This document shows positions 1 through 12,888 of a DNA stretch of 64,000 bases, piece after piece (the first letter of the stretch is position 1; the number at the start of each line of letters is the position of its first letter). A model generated the notes under the pieces. The model saw only the letters and a list, made by a program, of their open reading frames with translations, searched no databases and had not been told where the DNA came from. This DNA is from Lama guanicoe (lineage: Eukaryota), in NCBI GenBank assembly GCA_013239625.1, contig MU053513.1:2468927-2532926 (forward strand). The letters run 5' to 3'. Made by a program: the position numbers and the translations under genes.

Positions 1-774
1 CTTGTAAACAAAACCGACAAAAAAAAAAAAAGTGGATCAGAAGGACTGAGTGATGCTTCACTCCAGAGATAAAGGAGAGAGTTCAGGCACCAAAACAAAG
101 GGCTGATTTAATAAGGAGCTTATTGGCAGAGATCACGTGTTCTCTGACCCATCTCCTTACCTGGAAGCCACCAAACCAAGATGTATAAAATACAACCCCT
201 GCCAGTTGGCTGTCATGGGAGAGGCAGGCCCTGATGTCTTTAATGACAGAATTATTCTACCTGTGAATTGTTAGAATAATGGGGAGTTCGGAGATTATGC
301 CAAAATCAAGAAACAACACTTAGCACCTATTTGAAAAAATGTAAAAAAGAGTGGCTCAGAGACACCATCGAGCACGAAAAATGGGTCAAAAAGGACAGTC
401 GTAGAATTCAAGAACCTGGGTAAAAGGAAGATAAAGGAATCAAAATGTTGTCTAAAACTAGGAGATAAAAAAGAAATACAGAAAAGGTTGCTGATTAAGA
501 AGGTGATACTTAGAAGTATTTGTGCTGGAAAATTTCTTTTTAGGGAAGACAGTTACGTCAAAGTGAACCTGTACCGTATATGGACAAGCAATTAGACCTG
601 TAACATAGATGGACAGGGGGTTAAATCCTGGAGTGGAAACCCAGAAACTGAAGACCAACATGAGGTATACCTCTGGCAAGGGCCCACTCAGTGATCATGA
701 AGATGATGATCATCTCTAACCGAGTCCAGGAAGCTCATGAGTTTGCTACCAGCTACGCCCCCAAAATAGCTACT

Positions 775-860
775 GATGGGTTGGAGGGAATTTAGAGAAA
801 AGTGACAAGAAGCATTAAGGGACTGCTGGGAATGCTTCATAAAAGTGAAAAATTCTGGAA
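775..860 (+). mobile_element. Possible ancient CR1/L3 LINE 3' fragment
   Basis: ttggagggaatttagagaaaagtgacaagaagcattaagggactg reads LEGI*RKVTRSIKGL, resembling CR1 LERVQRRATKMIKGL. Confidence 0.45.
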
Positions 861-3289
861 CACATTTTGTAACCAAGCAAACAGGCAGGGGATGAAAGGA
901 AGGGCTGGAAGCACCACCACACCTGCCAAGTGCTGGAGAGTTGTAAACAACAGGGAAAGAAAGGGGAGTTCACGCTGGTGAGGGATGCCCACATGTTCAG
1001 GATTGATAAGCGGAGACCTCAGCACAAATATCAAGACATATTTATTAATTATTCCAACTCTAGGTGGAATATAGCTGGGTTTTAAGCTATTAAAATAAGT
1101 CTTTAACTAGGATCTAACAGTACAGAGCTCATGCTTTCCTGTGCATCACCAATCACATCATACTGTAAGACAGTACACACACAGACCCCCACATACCTGA
1201 CCTACATGAATAAAAGCAGGAAGTACATTAAAATGTCAAAGAAACACAGATCTGAAATGTACGAAAAGCTCTCTAAGGAAATACTTTAAGTTATCAACGG
1301 TAATTATGTCTTGGTGGTAGGTTTCTGAATAACTGCTATTTCCTTTTTACCATTTGCTATTTTGAGAAGACACTGAGAATATACGCATTTACAACCGGGT
1401 GGGGGTAAAGTTGGTTTCTCAGAACTAACATTCTGCCTCTCTTCTCTCTTATTTCTTTTTCAACATGCTATTGTGGGGATGACGCAGAGCAGCTTTTCCC
1501 AGAGAGAAGGCATTCCGTGCTCTCAAATGTGGCCTACGGGCATAGTCTTCGTGAAACAGGACTGAGGTGGGTTTAGTTTAGAGCTTGGCAGAATATCCTG
1601 TAAGATACAGGTCTGCCCCCTTTCCATCCTTCAGACCTTCTCAAGGGTGAGACCCCATCAGGATGCTCTGTGGACCATTAAGAATGGCCCTTCACGGTGC
1701 AGACCAGCCAATCCTGGAATTCATAACTCCCTCGAGGACCTGAGCCTACTCATCTTAGAGGGCCACTCAGGTGCTCATTTCAGAAAACAAACAAAAGCAA
1801 AAACACCGCAACCATTGTAAGTCCTAGACAGTGGAAATTATTTTCGACTGAGTCCTTGTCCACTGATGCTCCATTCTGTTATCACACAGCACAGCAAATC
1901 ATAGTCAAGTGTAATAATGTCAAACAGATGTGACCCCTTTGTAGCTACTACACAGCCCACGACAAGCCACCCTTACTGCCTTTCTAGAACCCAGTCAGTA
2001 TTTCATGTCTGTGTGGCCAGAGAGAGAGCCCCTCTGATAACCGGGAAGAAGCAGTCGGTCTTATTTTTCACTCTGGTCCTTATTCTTGGTCCAGGGTCCA
2101 GTTATTGCTCTTTACATTTCACTACTGCAGGCTCGTTTCAGTCAGGATGCCCCATTCTCTTATGACAGCTTTCTCTGACTTTTATTGCTGAACTTTTGGA
2201 TTAAAACCCCGTCACATTTCAAAAGGAGCCAAAACCCACATATAGCTGTTAAGAAGAGTAATGGGTATAGTTCTTCAAGAGATTCACAATGGTTAGAGGA
2301 TCAAGGTAAAGCTTCTTTCTTGTGGGTAGTGGGGACCACACACGGATTCCTGTAAGCCCCTTTCCCTTTTCCGTGTTCTGGAAGACAAGCAGAATGTCAT
2401 CACTCCCTGCACTTTGATTGTTCAAAACTTTCAACAAGAGGAATAAAAATGCAATGAACCAGCTTTATGATTTGCACCACAGAGTGCACACACTACTTAG
2501 GGAATGGGAGACGACTTGGAAACCCTGATAGCAGTCTGGCAGGTGACACTGCCAAGGAACTCCAAACATAAGCCCCATAAAACCAGAGTTCATTCCAATG
2601 TACACATTTTTTTGCTCCCAACCAAATGCTTTTGAGTGAATTAAGAATCAGACTGCCCCTTGACAAAATTTTCCTTCTGATGCCAGGGTAATAGAAGCTT
2701 AATTTTTCTTAGAAGTTGTTAATAAACTTATGTGATTTAAAGGAACAATAATTGCTCTAACTATGTGGGAATGAAAGAAGAGGAAACCACCCTCCACCCC
2801 ATACTTCCAACAGATCTATACCTGGTGAGATTTATTATGTCATAAAATCTCCCTTGAAGAGCGTATCGTAGAATCAAGTCTCTCCCAACAGAACTGTTAC
2901 AGAATTAAGCCTCTTTGGGCATGTTTATTCCACATCCCACTGGCTCTGTGCAGGTGGAGGGTTTAATTCCCATCATTCGTTGCCAGCGTGCATTACAGAG
3001 TCTCCAAGAACAGCTTGCTCCAGCCTTAACCATCACACCATTGTTTTGCTCAAGTCGGTATGTGGTATTAAGATGCACAGCGAGGTTCAAAATTAGACAA
3101 AGTTGGGATGCCATCTGGGATCCTCCTCAAACTCTCTTCACTAACTTTGAGAGGCAATCTTGAACCACAAGCCTTCTGCTGTTCCAGAAGCTGCACTCAG
3201 ACTGTCTGTCTGCACCAACACAGAGGGGTGGGAGAGCATGGAAACTCTGGGCAGCAAAAACCTTAGGTCTCTTTTCGTCTGACCATTAG

Positions 3290-3665
3290 CATCACTCACT
3301 CAGATCACATCTACAGTCTGCTAAGTGGACTCTCTTCCTGTAACCTAGGACTGCTCTGCCTTGTGCCACACCAAAGCCATGGTGATCCACTGAAACACAC
3401 ATCTGAGGAAGTCACTCCTCTAATTTACTCTTGGAAGACTTCCTCCAGATTTTCAGGATACAATCTAATCTCTGTAATATGTAAATCTTTCTATCCAAAT
3501 CTGCACTTTAATTTTATATCTGTTTATCCTCCTCTCTTATAGACTTAAGTTTTGTGGAGTCAGGGATCACATCTTATTCATTGTTGCTTCCTGGGTCCAG
3601 AACACAGTGGCAAGTATGTGGTAGGCACACAATATTATATGATAAATGAGAAAATGAATGAATCT
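3290..3665 (+). mobile_element. LINE-2 3' fragment
   Basis: cagggatcacatcttattcattg...cacagtggcaagtatgtggtaggcacacaatatt...gaatgaat terminus. Confidence 0.7.
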
Positions 3666-5779
3666 AGCTTAACTATCCCTTCTACAGACTAGCTCAGTCC
3701 TAAAAGTTACTTGACTTCCCAAAGAGCTCATAACAAGTGAAAAACTTGGGCATGGCCCTTGCCTCCCAGGATACCACACCGTCCTCAAAGATGGGCACTC
3801 CTGTTTCTCAATACCTGGTCAACCACTCTGGAAAGGTCAGCAAATGCTGTTCTGCGTTTAAAGGGGAACCAGAAATTAAAGATATGTCTGCCACCCATGT
3901 GAAGTCTTTCTGCCCCTACTTATCATTTCTGACATCCTTATAATTAGCAAGTCTATTAACCAGACTTGTTCAAATCTCTTCCTATAACATATGATTACAA
4001 TGGGATTCTGTGCATCTAACATTCAACAAAGATTTATTGAGTTTCAACATGGACTGGGTACAATTTTAGGTCCTGGAGATACCAGGATGGAGAAGTGATA
4101 TTCCTGGGCTCCAGAAGGTACAGCCTAGTCAGGGAGACAAGCATGCAGTTAGATAACTGCAGTACTGCGTGGTTAGAGGCATGCACAAGATCCGAAGAGC
4201 ATGTGTATACATGTGTATACATTTACCAAGGTATAGTCATTGTAAAACGTGTTTCCTCCTCTGTGACTGTCCTGTGGGTGAGGACTAGGTCCTTCCTCTC
4301 ACTTCCTCCCCTGAGTCTAACACATAGAAGGCACTCAGCCAGTATGTGCCTGACTGACTGATCCACGGCTGGCATAGGAGATTGTGGGGCCTGCTCTGCA
4401 CAGAGGTGGCACCTGGGAAGACTTTAGAAAGTAGATGTTGGAGTTCGGTCTTAATGAGTGATTGGTTCCCTACCTGGTGGATAAAAGGAGAGAGGACACT
4501 CCTTGACGGAGCAAGAGCAGTGTGTACGGAGGAGGCTGGGCTCAGGAGAGCAGTGTGTGCGTGGTGGGGGGTTGGAGAAGTAGGCCACGCAGACCCTGTC
4601 AGGCCTTGTGAGCCTTCCTATGGAGTCTGAACTTGATCCTTTAGGCAAAGGGAAGCCATCAGAGGCATGCAAGGAACATGAGCAGATCTGTAAATTAAAA
4701 ACGCAATAATGCAGTTCAGTCAGTGGAGAGGTCCCAAATGTGCAATTAATTTCCAGAATATGCTTTCTTGTTTAAAAAAAAATGATTTAACTTTGCATTT
4801 CAGTCTGCCAGCGTATCCTCAGACTCTGTGAGGGTCCCCGGAACACTCGTAGTCAGCTTCTAGCCATTAAAAGAGAATATAATGAAAAAAAGTTTCCTTT
4901 TCATTCTGAGCTACAACAACCATCAGGGTTAATTTTTTCTACCAGAGGTAAAATGGTCTCCTATTTGCCTCAGGTAATCCTATCTCAGAATAAGAATCAC
5001 ATCTTAGAACTGGAGAAGCCAACGATTACCTGCAGAATGGCTGTTCTTCAGACCCTTGATTAGCTGAGTCCCCCGATGTGGTTTCTTCCCCACTGTGGAG
5101 AAGGTAATTCAGCTAAATGAGTGGTCTAGCCGTGACATTTCTGCAAATAATTAAACACAACACTCCTTTTGGCCTGGTTTACTTTTTAAAGGCTAAATCC
5201 ACTCTGATTCACAAATCGTTGCAATTACATTGGTGCCATGCATGTTACGTAGCCTTGGGTACCCACTGCTGAGTCAGTGGTTGGTGGGAGCTCTTTTTAA
5301 CTATCCAGAGGCATATTCTCATATTCATTTCAGAATAATAAGACGTTTAAATATTTATTTCTTTCCAATAACTGGATATGCCAAGGCTCTTCATTTTAAT
5401 AAATTCTGTTCAAGCAATGTTGAATCACTGCTTAGAATATATTGGCACCGAACTTCCCTTACGGTAATGGTGTTCACATCAGAGACCCACATTTTAGCCC
5501 TAGCTCTGCCACTGACCCTCGACTGTCGGCCATTCACATGATCACTCATGAATTCCTTTTGGTAATTTTGAAGTTTTCCTTCTAGCTCTAAAATTCAGAG
5601 TATGCTTTAAGAGATCTGATTAGTACAAGAATGTAGAGATGAAATAGTTACAGAACTACAAGTTGTGGCAGGAGAAATGGATATTTGTATGTGAGGTCTT
5701 CCTTTTCAGTAACTCCAAATGGTCAAAAACTCTGGAGGCAGGATTATTGTAGAAGAAATAGAAAATCTTTATATGGCTA

Positions 5780-6050
5780 TACTCATTTATTCAACAAATA
5801 TTTATTGGAGGCCTATTATACACCAGGCTGAGAATTCAATGACAAAAAAGAGAGAAAAAAAAAATCCCCAGCCTCCAAGAATTGATTGTCCCACAGGGAA
5901 GGCAGACAATTTTAGACAAGAAATAACAGTAAGCCAGAATACGTATTATCATGGGATTCTGGCTATGAAGACAAAACCTATGGCTCAGATCTAATCAGGG
6001 CTACAAGTCCGGGAAGGCTTCCCTGGTGATACACTGTCTAAGCTGAGAAT
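5780..6050 (-). mobile_element. LINE-2 fragment
   Basis: ctcatttattcaacaaatatttattggaggcctattatacaccaggc, an L2 3' end in reverse complement. Confidence 0.75.
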
Positions 6051-7227
6051 ATCCTTGCCTGTGACTTTTATTTGGGAAACCACATTGAATAGTGCATTCC
6101 ATGAAAATATTTATTTGTCCCAGGCCCAAACCAAGAGTTTAAAAGACTAAAAGAGCTTGTGAAGAAGAATCTGAGTACATCTCAAATGCCCTCACCCCCA
6201 AGTTCGTGTTGATCATCTGATCGTAAATTTACTGACTCAAGAGGAAATTCTTCTTTTGAATCAGGTTCACCAGCTATGCCTAGTAATATTATTATTTAAG
6301 AAAGAATCATTCTTTGTCTTTCTATACCTATGATCCTTCGCAGCTGCTCCCAGGCTATTAAATAGGTGTAGAGGAGGTTTGCAGAATGATTCACTGACTG
6401 ATGATGGGTTTTAATGTTTCAGTCTTTTCTCATCTTTAATCTCCCTTTATCCCCATATTCGCAGGACGGGAATTATACTGAGCTGCTGTTTGACCTTAGA
6501 GGTTATGGAAAGTCCCCTCTGTAACAGATGTCACGTTTCCAGGAGAGCTCTGATTGCAAATATTCTGTCTTGTGGCCAACATAGTTATGTTCAAATTCAT
6601 CATACCGTGAGTTATGAGATTTGGTTTAGAAAATACAGTCACCATATGTTACAAAGACACGTGAATGGGGTAACAGGGTTAGCTCCCTTCAGGACACCAG
6701 GAGACCCTATGCCATGCCAAAGGAGACTCAGAAAGAGATTGAATATTTTGAATCTAAAATTTGAAGTTACTTTGATATCCAAGTATACTAATTATTCATT
6801 AAATGTCACATGTATAATATATAAAGAACACACATATATATTAAAAGGGACTGATGATTGATGGAATTTTAGTTCAAAAGTTTTGTAACTTCTAAGGTAA
6901 TAATAATATTTAACCTATTTTAAAGATGAGAAAGATCACAGAAATTGCCTCCTTTTTAGTGTCAGTGCCTTGATTTAGTGTTTCCTGGCTTCATATTATT
7001 ATTCAGCATTTGCTTTAATATTTAACCTTTCTTGCTTCTTTGTCTTTTCTCTCCAATTAGATCAAAGGTTCTTTGAGGGTAGGGACTGTGTTCTTCTTCC
7101 AGAATATCCAATTTTACAACTATTAAGCCTTCAATTGAATATTTACTAAGGGCTATGAGTAGTTCAAAAACCCAGGAACAAATTAGCTACAGAACTACAT
7201 AGTGTGATGATTAAAAATGTTTCAAAT

Positions 7228-7315
7228 GATGATTCTCAAACTTTAATGTGCACAAGAATCATAAGGGAAGCCTATTAAAATGGTAGATTCTTAAATCTCA
7301 TTCCCAAAGAATCTT
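7228..7315. mobile_element. hAT-Charlie MITE fragment (MER5-like)
   Basis: gattctcaaactttaatgtgcacaagaatcataagggaagcctattaaaatggtagattc. Confidence 0.6.
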
Positions 7316-7959
7316 ATCTTTTAAATCATTTCTTCTTCTTCCTCCCCATTGTTATTATTAGGAGTAATAGTAGTAAGCCAGATTTAGGAAAGATGAGACA
7401 CACCAGGGCCTGGGACTGCACTGATATTTTGTGGGAAAACAAGTCAACAGGATGTCTCCATGAGAACAAGAAAATAAGAGGTTCCCTTGCAGGGGCTTGG
7501 GGTGCAGCATGGAACTAGGGTGTTTCCTGAGGGCAAACAATGCTGGTCTCGGAACACTGACCCTTGCATGAGCAGAACACTGCTCCGGCACATACATAAT
7601 GCCTTCTGCAAAAGGGAGTCATTAAAGCTTCTGTGACGTTTGTTGGCCCATTCACAAAGGGAACAGATGGAGACATAACAAAGTTATTTCCTGCAGCACT
7701 ATGATAGTAAATGCGATGCAAACCAGCCATCCAGAGCTCTTGATCTTTGAGATCTTGAGTCTCCTGGTCCATCTTTGATTCTCTATCTATCTGTGTGTTT
7801 CTTATGTTCTGCGGCACCCATCCATAAGCAGGAATCTTTGTTGCACTGGACGCAACAATATATCTTGTAAAGGAAGGACTTGACACAGGTAAGGTAGCTC
7901 TATCCTTCTACAGGGACCACCCCGTACCCCACAACCCTCACTACACACTGCCTTCTTCT

Positions 7960-8380
7960 TTCCTTCATTAAATACTTCCTGTGTGCCCACCAAGGGCCAA
8001 GTACTGGGACCTGGAGTTAAACTGGTCAACAAGATGTACAAACACTTTGCTATCACAGCATTTAGATTCTGCTTGGGGGTAGGGCAGATAAGAGACAAGT
8101 AAACTTTAAGATTATTTCAGATTTTGTTAAGTATTATAAGGAAAATAAAACAGGCTGATATGATAGAGAATGACTGTTGAGAAAGGGGTTTTTCAAAGAG
8201 TGTGGTCCACAAGAAGATGATGTGATGTGATGATCAAATGACCAGAAGGAACCAACCATGCAAAAGACCTTGGGCAGCAGCTTTCCAGGGAGAGGAACTA
8301 GCAAGTGCAAAGGCCCTGAGGCAGAATGAGTGTTCGAGGATCAGCAAGGAGGCCAGAATGCCTGAAACTTGAGGAGCCAG
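7960..8380 (-). mobile_element. LINE-2 fragment
   Basis: ttcattaaatacttcctgtgtgccc...ttccagggagaggaactagcaagtgcaaaggccctgaggcag. Confidence 0.8.
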
Positions 8381-9308
8381 AATAAGCTCACCACCCAAGG
8401 TATGACCTGGGCTTTGGCATAAAGGTGTTTTGGGATTACTCTTGTGGAAAGCTGAGGAAATACTGGCTTTCAGAATTAAGGAAGGTTAACTATTTTACTA
8501 ACTGTTATAAGAACACTTCTCCAGTTCAAAAACAACCACATTATTGGAACTCTTTACCCATAAAAAATAGTTCATTTCATGATTCTTTTTGGTTGGTGCT
8601 TTATGATAACAGAGTTTCATCATTGTTGGCATATTATATTTTGTAATACTTGAGCACAGAAAATAAGCTCACTCCGAACTTCTTTGAGATCTAAATTATT
8701 TATCATTCTTTGGATGTCTCAAATATAAAATAGGGCCGAATAAATTGTATTTGAGAATGCATATGCCTCTCTAAAAAAGAATACTCATGCCATAGTTTCA
8801 AAGTAAGTTATATGACGTATCTTTCTTTTCCAGTTTTGAATTATTTTTCAACTCTTGCACTGACTTGTCTTATCACTCCAACTGGACGTCTACTAGTTAA
8901 TAGTGACAGTACTATTTCCTCTAAGCAATTTGATTTTGTCTAAATAACTGAGTGCTCAAGGAAGGAAAGAACCAAGGGCAAACGTGTTAGTGGTCTGTGT
9001 AAAATCCATTCCTGGGGGCTACTACTAAAGTGAGGAGCCAGAAGCTCTGCTTCAGACCCCACTGATTACTGCTCTTTCTTGAGCCATCTCAGAAGAGAAC
9101 AGCCCAGGTGACAAGCGGGTCTTCTGTGATAAGGGCTCCTGTCCACTGGAAATGGGAATCAGGTCACAGTTTCATTCCACAGGGTCCGCCAGATGGCAAA
9201 TGACGTTAACTACCCAGAGCAAACCCAGACCGGAAACGGAAGTGTGTTTCATGTCCCCTTATATCCTGCTGGGAGACTCAGAGTTTTTCTCTGAAAGTTG
9301 CTTGATTT

Positions 9309-9341
9309 TGTGTGTGCGTGTGTGTGTGCGTGTGTGTGTGT
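9309..9341. repeat. (TG)n microsatellite with CG interruptions
   Basis: tgtgtgtgcgtgtgtgtgtgcgtgtgtgtgtgt. Confidence 0.9.
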
Positions 9342-12300
9342 TAGTCTGATTATACATTACACTGCAGTTCTAAAGGCAGAAGGTTCCCCAAACCATGGAA
9401 GCTGGCTTCTTTGCTTAGGTCTGGCAGATGTGGTTAGAAATCAAAGACTTCCAGAAATGAGGACCAGGAAATGGCAGGATGCAGAAATGCATAGCTGTAG
9501 TGACAGACTCGTAACAAGATGGAAATCAGTTGGAGAAATATTTCTGGGGAAAGGTTGGGGGAAAAGGTTTGGGAATGAAGAGAAAGAATCTACCTAAGAG
9601 AAAATGAGTGATTTCATCATCACACGAAACTCCAAGGAGACTTCACTTACTTTGTCACACTGGAATTAGGATTTCCGCTCACACTGTTTGAGAAACAGGA
9701 AGTAGGGACTACAACTATGGAAAGTAATATTTTAAGCTTCTACACACATTGCTCATCACTGGCTTGACTTGCAGCATGCCTTTCAACAAAAGCACGCAGT
9801 GATTTAATCTGAACAGCAATTCCGTCTGCAGCCGTATGAGACAAGACTATCACTGCAGACAGGCGGTAATTTGTGAAATTCAGGTGCTGGGGATTAAGAC
9901 CGCCTGTTGAATTTAATCTCGGAGTTACGTTAATACCACTATGTAACTGAACATAAACACTACGTATTTATCAGACTTTGGGACCTCCAGCCACGGAGAT
10001 GTGAACATTTTCCTAAATGGTATCTGTAACTCTCTCCAGATTCAGTAAATCAATGGCAAATAGAAAGTCTGTAGGAATTCTGATTCAATATGCAGCAGCA
10101 CACGGCTTGGTGGTCATCACATTCAGCACATCCTATAATTTTTCTAAGGCCTGATGTGAGAGTAGAGGGAAAAAAAAGCAATCAGAGTATCATCTGGCAA
10201 CATAATAAGAATAGAAAAGCTTTCAACTTTACCCTCCCCTGTGTTAACTGGAAAAAAAATCCTAGCAATATTCCAACAAATGGTTTCTACCTCAGACTAA
10301 GCAAGAATATAGGGCGATCCCAAGGAAACCTACTTAAACAGCAGCTTTGGGAGATGACATAAACATTTCACACACGCACCTTCAGATAGCCAGCGGGAAT
10401 GAACTCTGCCCAACTTGCAGCCAGCTAAGTAGTAGCGGTAAAGTGACTACATTCTAAGCAGAGGTTTACACTTCATTCAGCGGGACAACTGGAACAGTGC
10501 CTAGAGAGCAGGCACGGGTTGTAAGATTTGTATTTGTTCCTTTGCCTGGGGTAGGATAAACTTTGTTGGACACTTTGAGTATGGAATTTTGTAAGAGGCT
10601 GATTTTCTATGAAAGAATTTCATTGGTACTAATTATCTGAGAAGAACTTCCTGGTCACATTTACAATTCTCTGCTACGAATTCTAAGGACTTCTGTGTGT
10701 ATCTATCATTCACATAACACTTCACAGTTTACAAAACCCTTTAATATGTGTTATCGCAATTTCTCCTAGAGTTTCAACATTTCCTTCCTCAAAGGGGCTG
10801 TCCTTCGTTTTAATGAAATAAGGCTCTGATACAATGAAGTGGAACCCAATATATCCGTGTGAATAAACATTGCTTTGAAAGGGAACATGCGGGCATCATA
10901 TTTTGCCCTAGGCTATCAGTGTTCTTAGCTGCTGTCTGTCCAGCAGGAGAGCACAGGAAGGGAGGCATTCAGAGTGTCTTCCCAAAGGCGGATCAAAGCT
11001 TTCAGCAAATTTACCTTTTGACACCCCTATTAATCAAAGCTTCACAAGTGCTGGATAGCCATTTCCACTAAACAACAGCCATGAAAATCCACCAGGTTCA
11101 ATACATTCATCATACACACAAATAGCACATCTATCCACAGTCAGAAGCCAATGTCTCACCTCTTCTAGAACTTCAGCCCTTCTGGGTTGCTTGCACACGC
11201 AGATACAAAGTATGTAATCAATCTGACAACTTAAAGAGAAAAGCAAAGCTGTAATTGTGGAACTGATGGCCTGCTCTGCTTTTGATTTTAAGGATCTACC
11301 ACCAGTCCTCATTCCAGGCAAATCACTTCCTCTTTTCTCTTGCCCTTTTTTGCTTCCCTGAATTCTTCTGAGTGCTAGCTCTGCCTTTTCAAAGAAACTT
11401 TCCTTGATTTTACTAGGTCCGAGATCTTTCTCACTTCTGTACTCCAACAGAACTGTTTATATCTAGCATTTCCCATACATTTATATCTATCTGTCTATCT
11501 ATCTGTCATCTATCTATCCATCCAACCACATTTCATGGTATATTGTTTTTTTTCCCCCTACAGGCATTCAGTGATCCCTAAAGGCTGGGTTCTGCCTTCA
11601 ACTCTTTCATACTCTCCAAAATCCTTAGCATTATACATTGCACAAGTGAGAAGTATTCTGATTGCTACTTAAAAAAAGTGTGACTTTCCCATACATGGGA
11701 AGAGTCATCTTTTCACACAAAAGCAGCACCTGCTAAATATCACTTTGGTTCACAACCATAAAACCTAATAATACAAAAAGCAGAATACTTGAGTGGTTTC
11801 AAGAAATTCTCCAGCTTTATAGAGCATATACAGGGTGGAATTCTGTTTAAATTAAAAATACATATATACTAGCAGCTTCAAAGGATGGGAAATACATTTA
11901 AACTGTATCAAAATATCTTTTCAGAATTAGGAAACTTGATTAGGATTCTCCCAGAGGCTTCACACACTGAAACCAGAGATTCATTATTTCTAAGGGAAGG
12001 AGGCTTAATTTCTTAAAAATTCATCTTTTTAATTATTAGCCAAACCATGCAGCGACTTCCCGGAAGGCAGAGGAAAATAGGCCCTCAACGATGAGTTTCA
12101 AGCCAATGAAAGCTGAGTTTGTGCCTAAAGCCTTCCGCGCCTGCCTGGGCACCGCTCCCCAGGGCTGTGGGAATTTAGCCCAGAGCATCCGAAGCAGAGA
12201 TCAGATTAAGAACCTGCGAGGCTGAGCAGCGGCCGCGGGCTGGCTGCTCCTCAGCCTCCGGTTCCCGGTCCGAGGTACGCCCGGACTGGTACCCGCGCCA

Positions 12301-12666
12301 TTACTGGTTCTCCTCCCACTAGGGCGCGACTTGGCCGCCAAACCCGAGGCTTCAGGAACCCAGCACCCAGCGGTAGCTGCAGTTCTGGGGTCATGGCGAT
12401 TCTAGTTCCAGGGACGGTTCCTATTATGAAAGTAGGATTTGGGGTCCACTCATCTCATCCCTATTCCCTGAAAACTTTGCATCCTTCTCCAAAAAGAAAT
12501 TCATACCAGGTAGGAACTCTGCCATCCCACCCTCGCGGGTCCACTCCCCCTTCCAGCCTCCGAATGGCACCTACTCACGGCGCCTCCCAGCCCCGGGAAA
12601 GGGGCAAGCTCAGGTGTGCGGGATCCCCAGGCTGGGTGGCGGGCGAGCTGGCGAGCGAGCTGTCAC

Positions 12667-12888
12667 CTTGTGGTCCACCACGCCAAGGTATCCGTCCAGC
12701 GGCCGCGGTCCCGCGGGAGCCTCGGGACGCGGCGGGGGGCTGCTCTCCGCCGACCGCTGCGCGCTGCCGGTCGCCGCTGCCTGCTGCTGCTGCAGGGGCC
12801 GCTCCTTCTGGCCGCCGAAGCTGCTGTACACGAGCAACAAGCTGGTGCACATGGTGGTGAGCGCTAAACACACTGCCAGACCATGGCG
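12667..12888 (-). CDS. ST6GALNAC5: ST6GALNAC5 coding exon 2 (74 aa: cytoplasmic tail, TM helix, stem with short polyQ)
   Basis: Acceptor cctctcctctgctctctcccgcccgcccgcag, then 222 nt encoding RHGLAVCLALTTMCTSLLLVYSSFGGQKERPLQQQQAAATGSAQRSAESSPPPRPEAPAGPRPLDGYLGVVDHK, then donor AAG|gtgaca. Closely matches the mammalian ST6GALNAC5 N-terminal region. Confidence 0.97.

Larger units (their letters stand above)
1..12666 (-). other. ST6GALNAC5: ST6GALNAC5 intron 2 (partial; continues beyond the window)
   Basis: Starts at the gtgaca donor. No sialylmotif-L exon (expected to begin approximately PLKMHC..CALV) was recognised in the remaining 12.6 kb, which is repeat-rich non-coding DNA. Confidence 0.85.

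Noticed and set aside
12610..12873. 87-aa minus-strand ORF as a stand-alone gene
   Set aside because: It is ST6GALNAC5 exon 2 read from an internal GTG and through the splice donor into intron 2.
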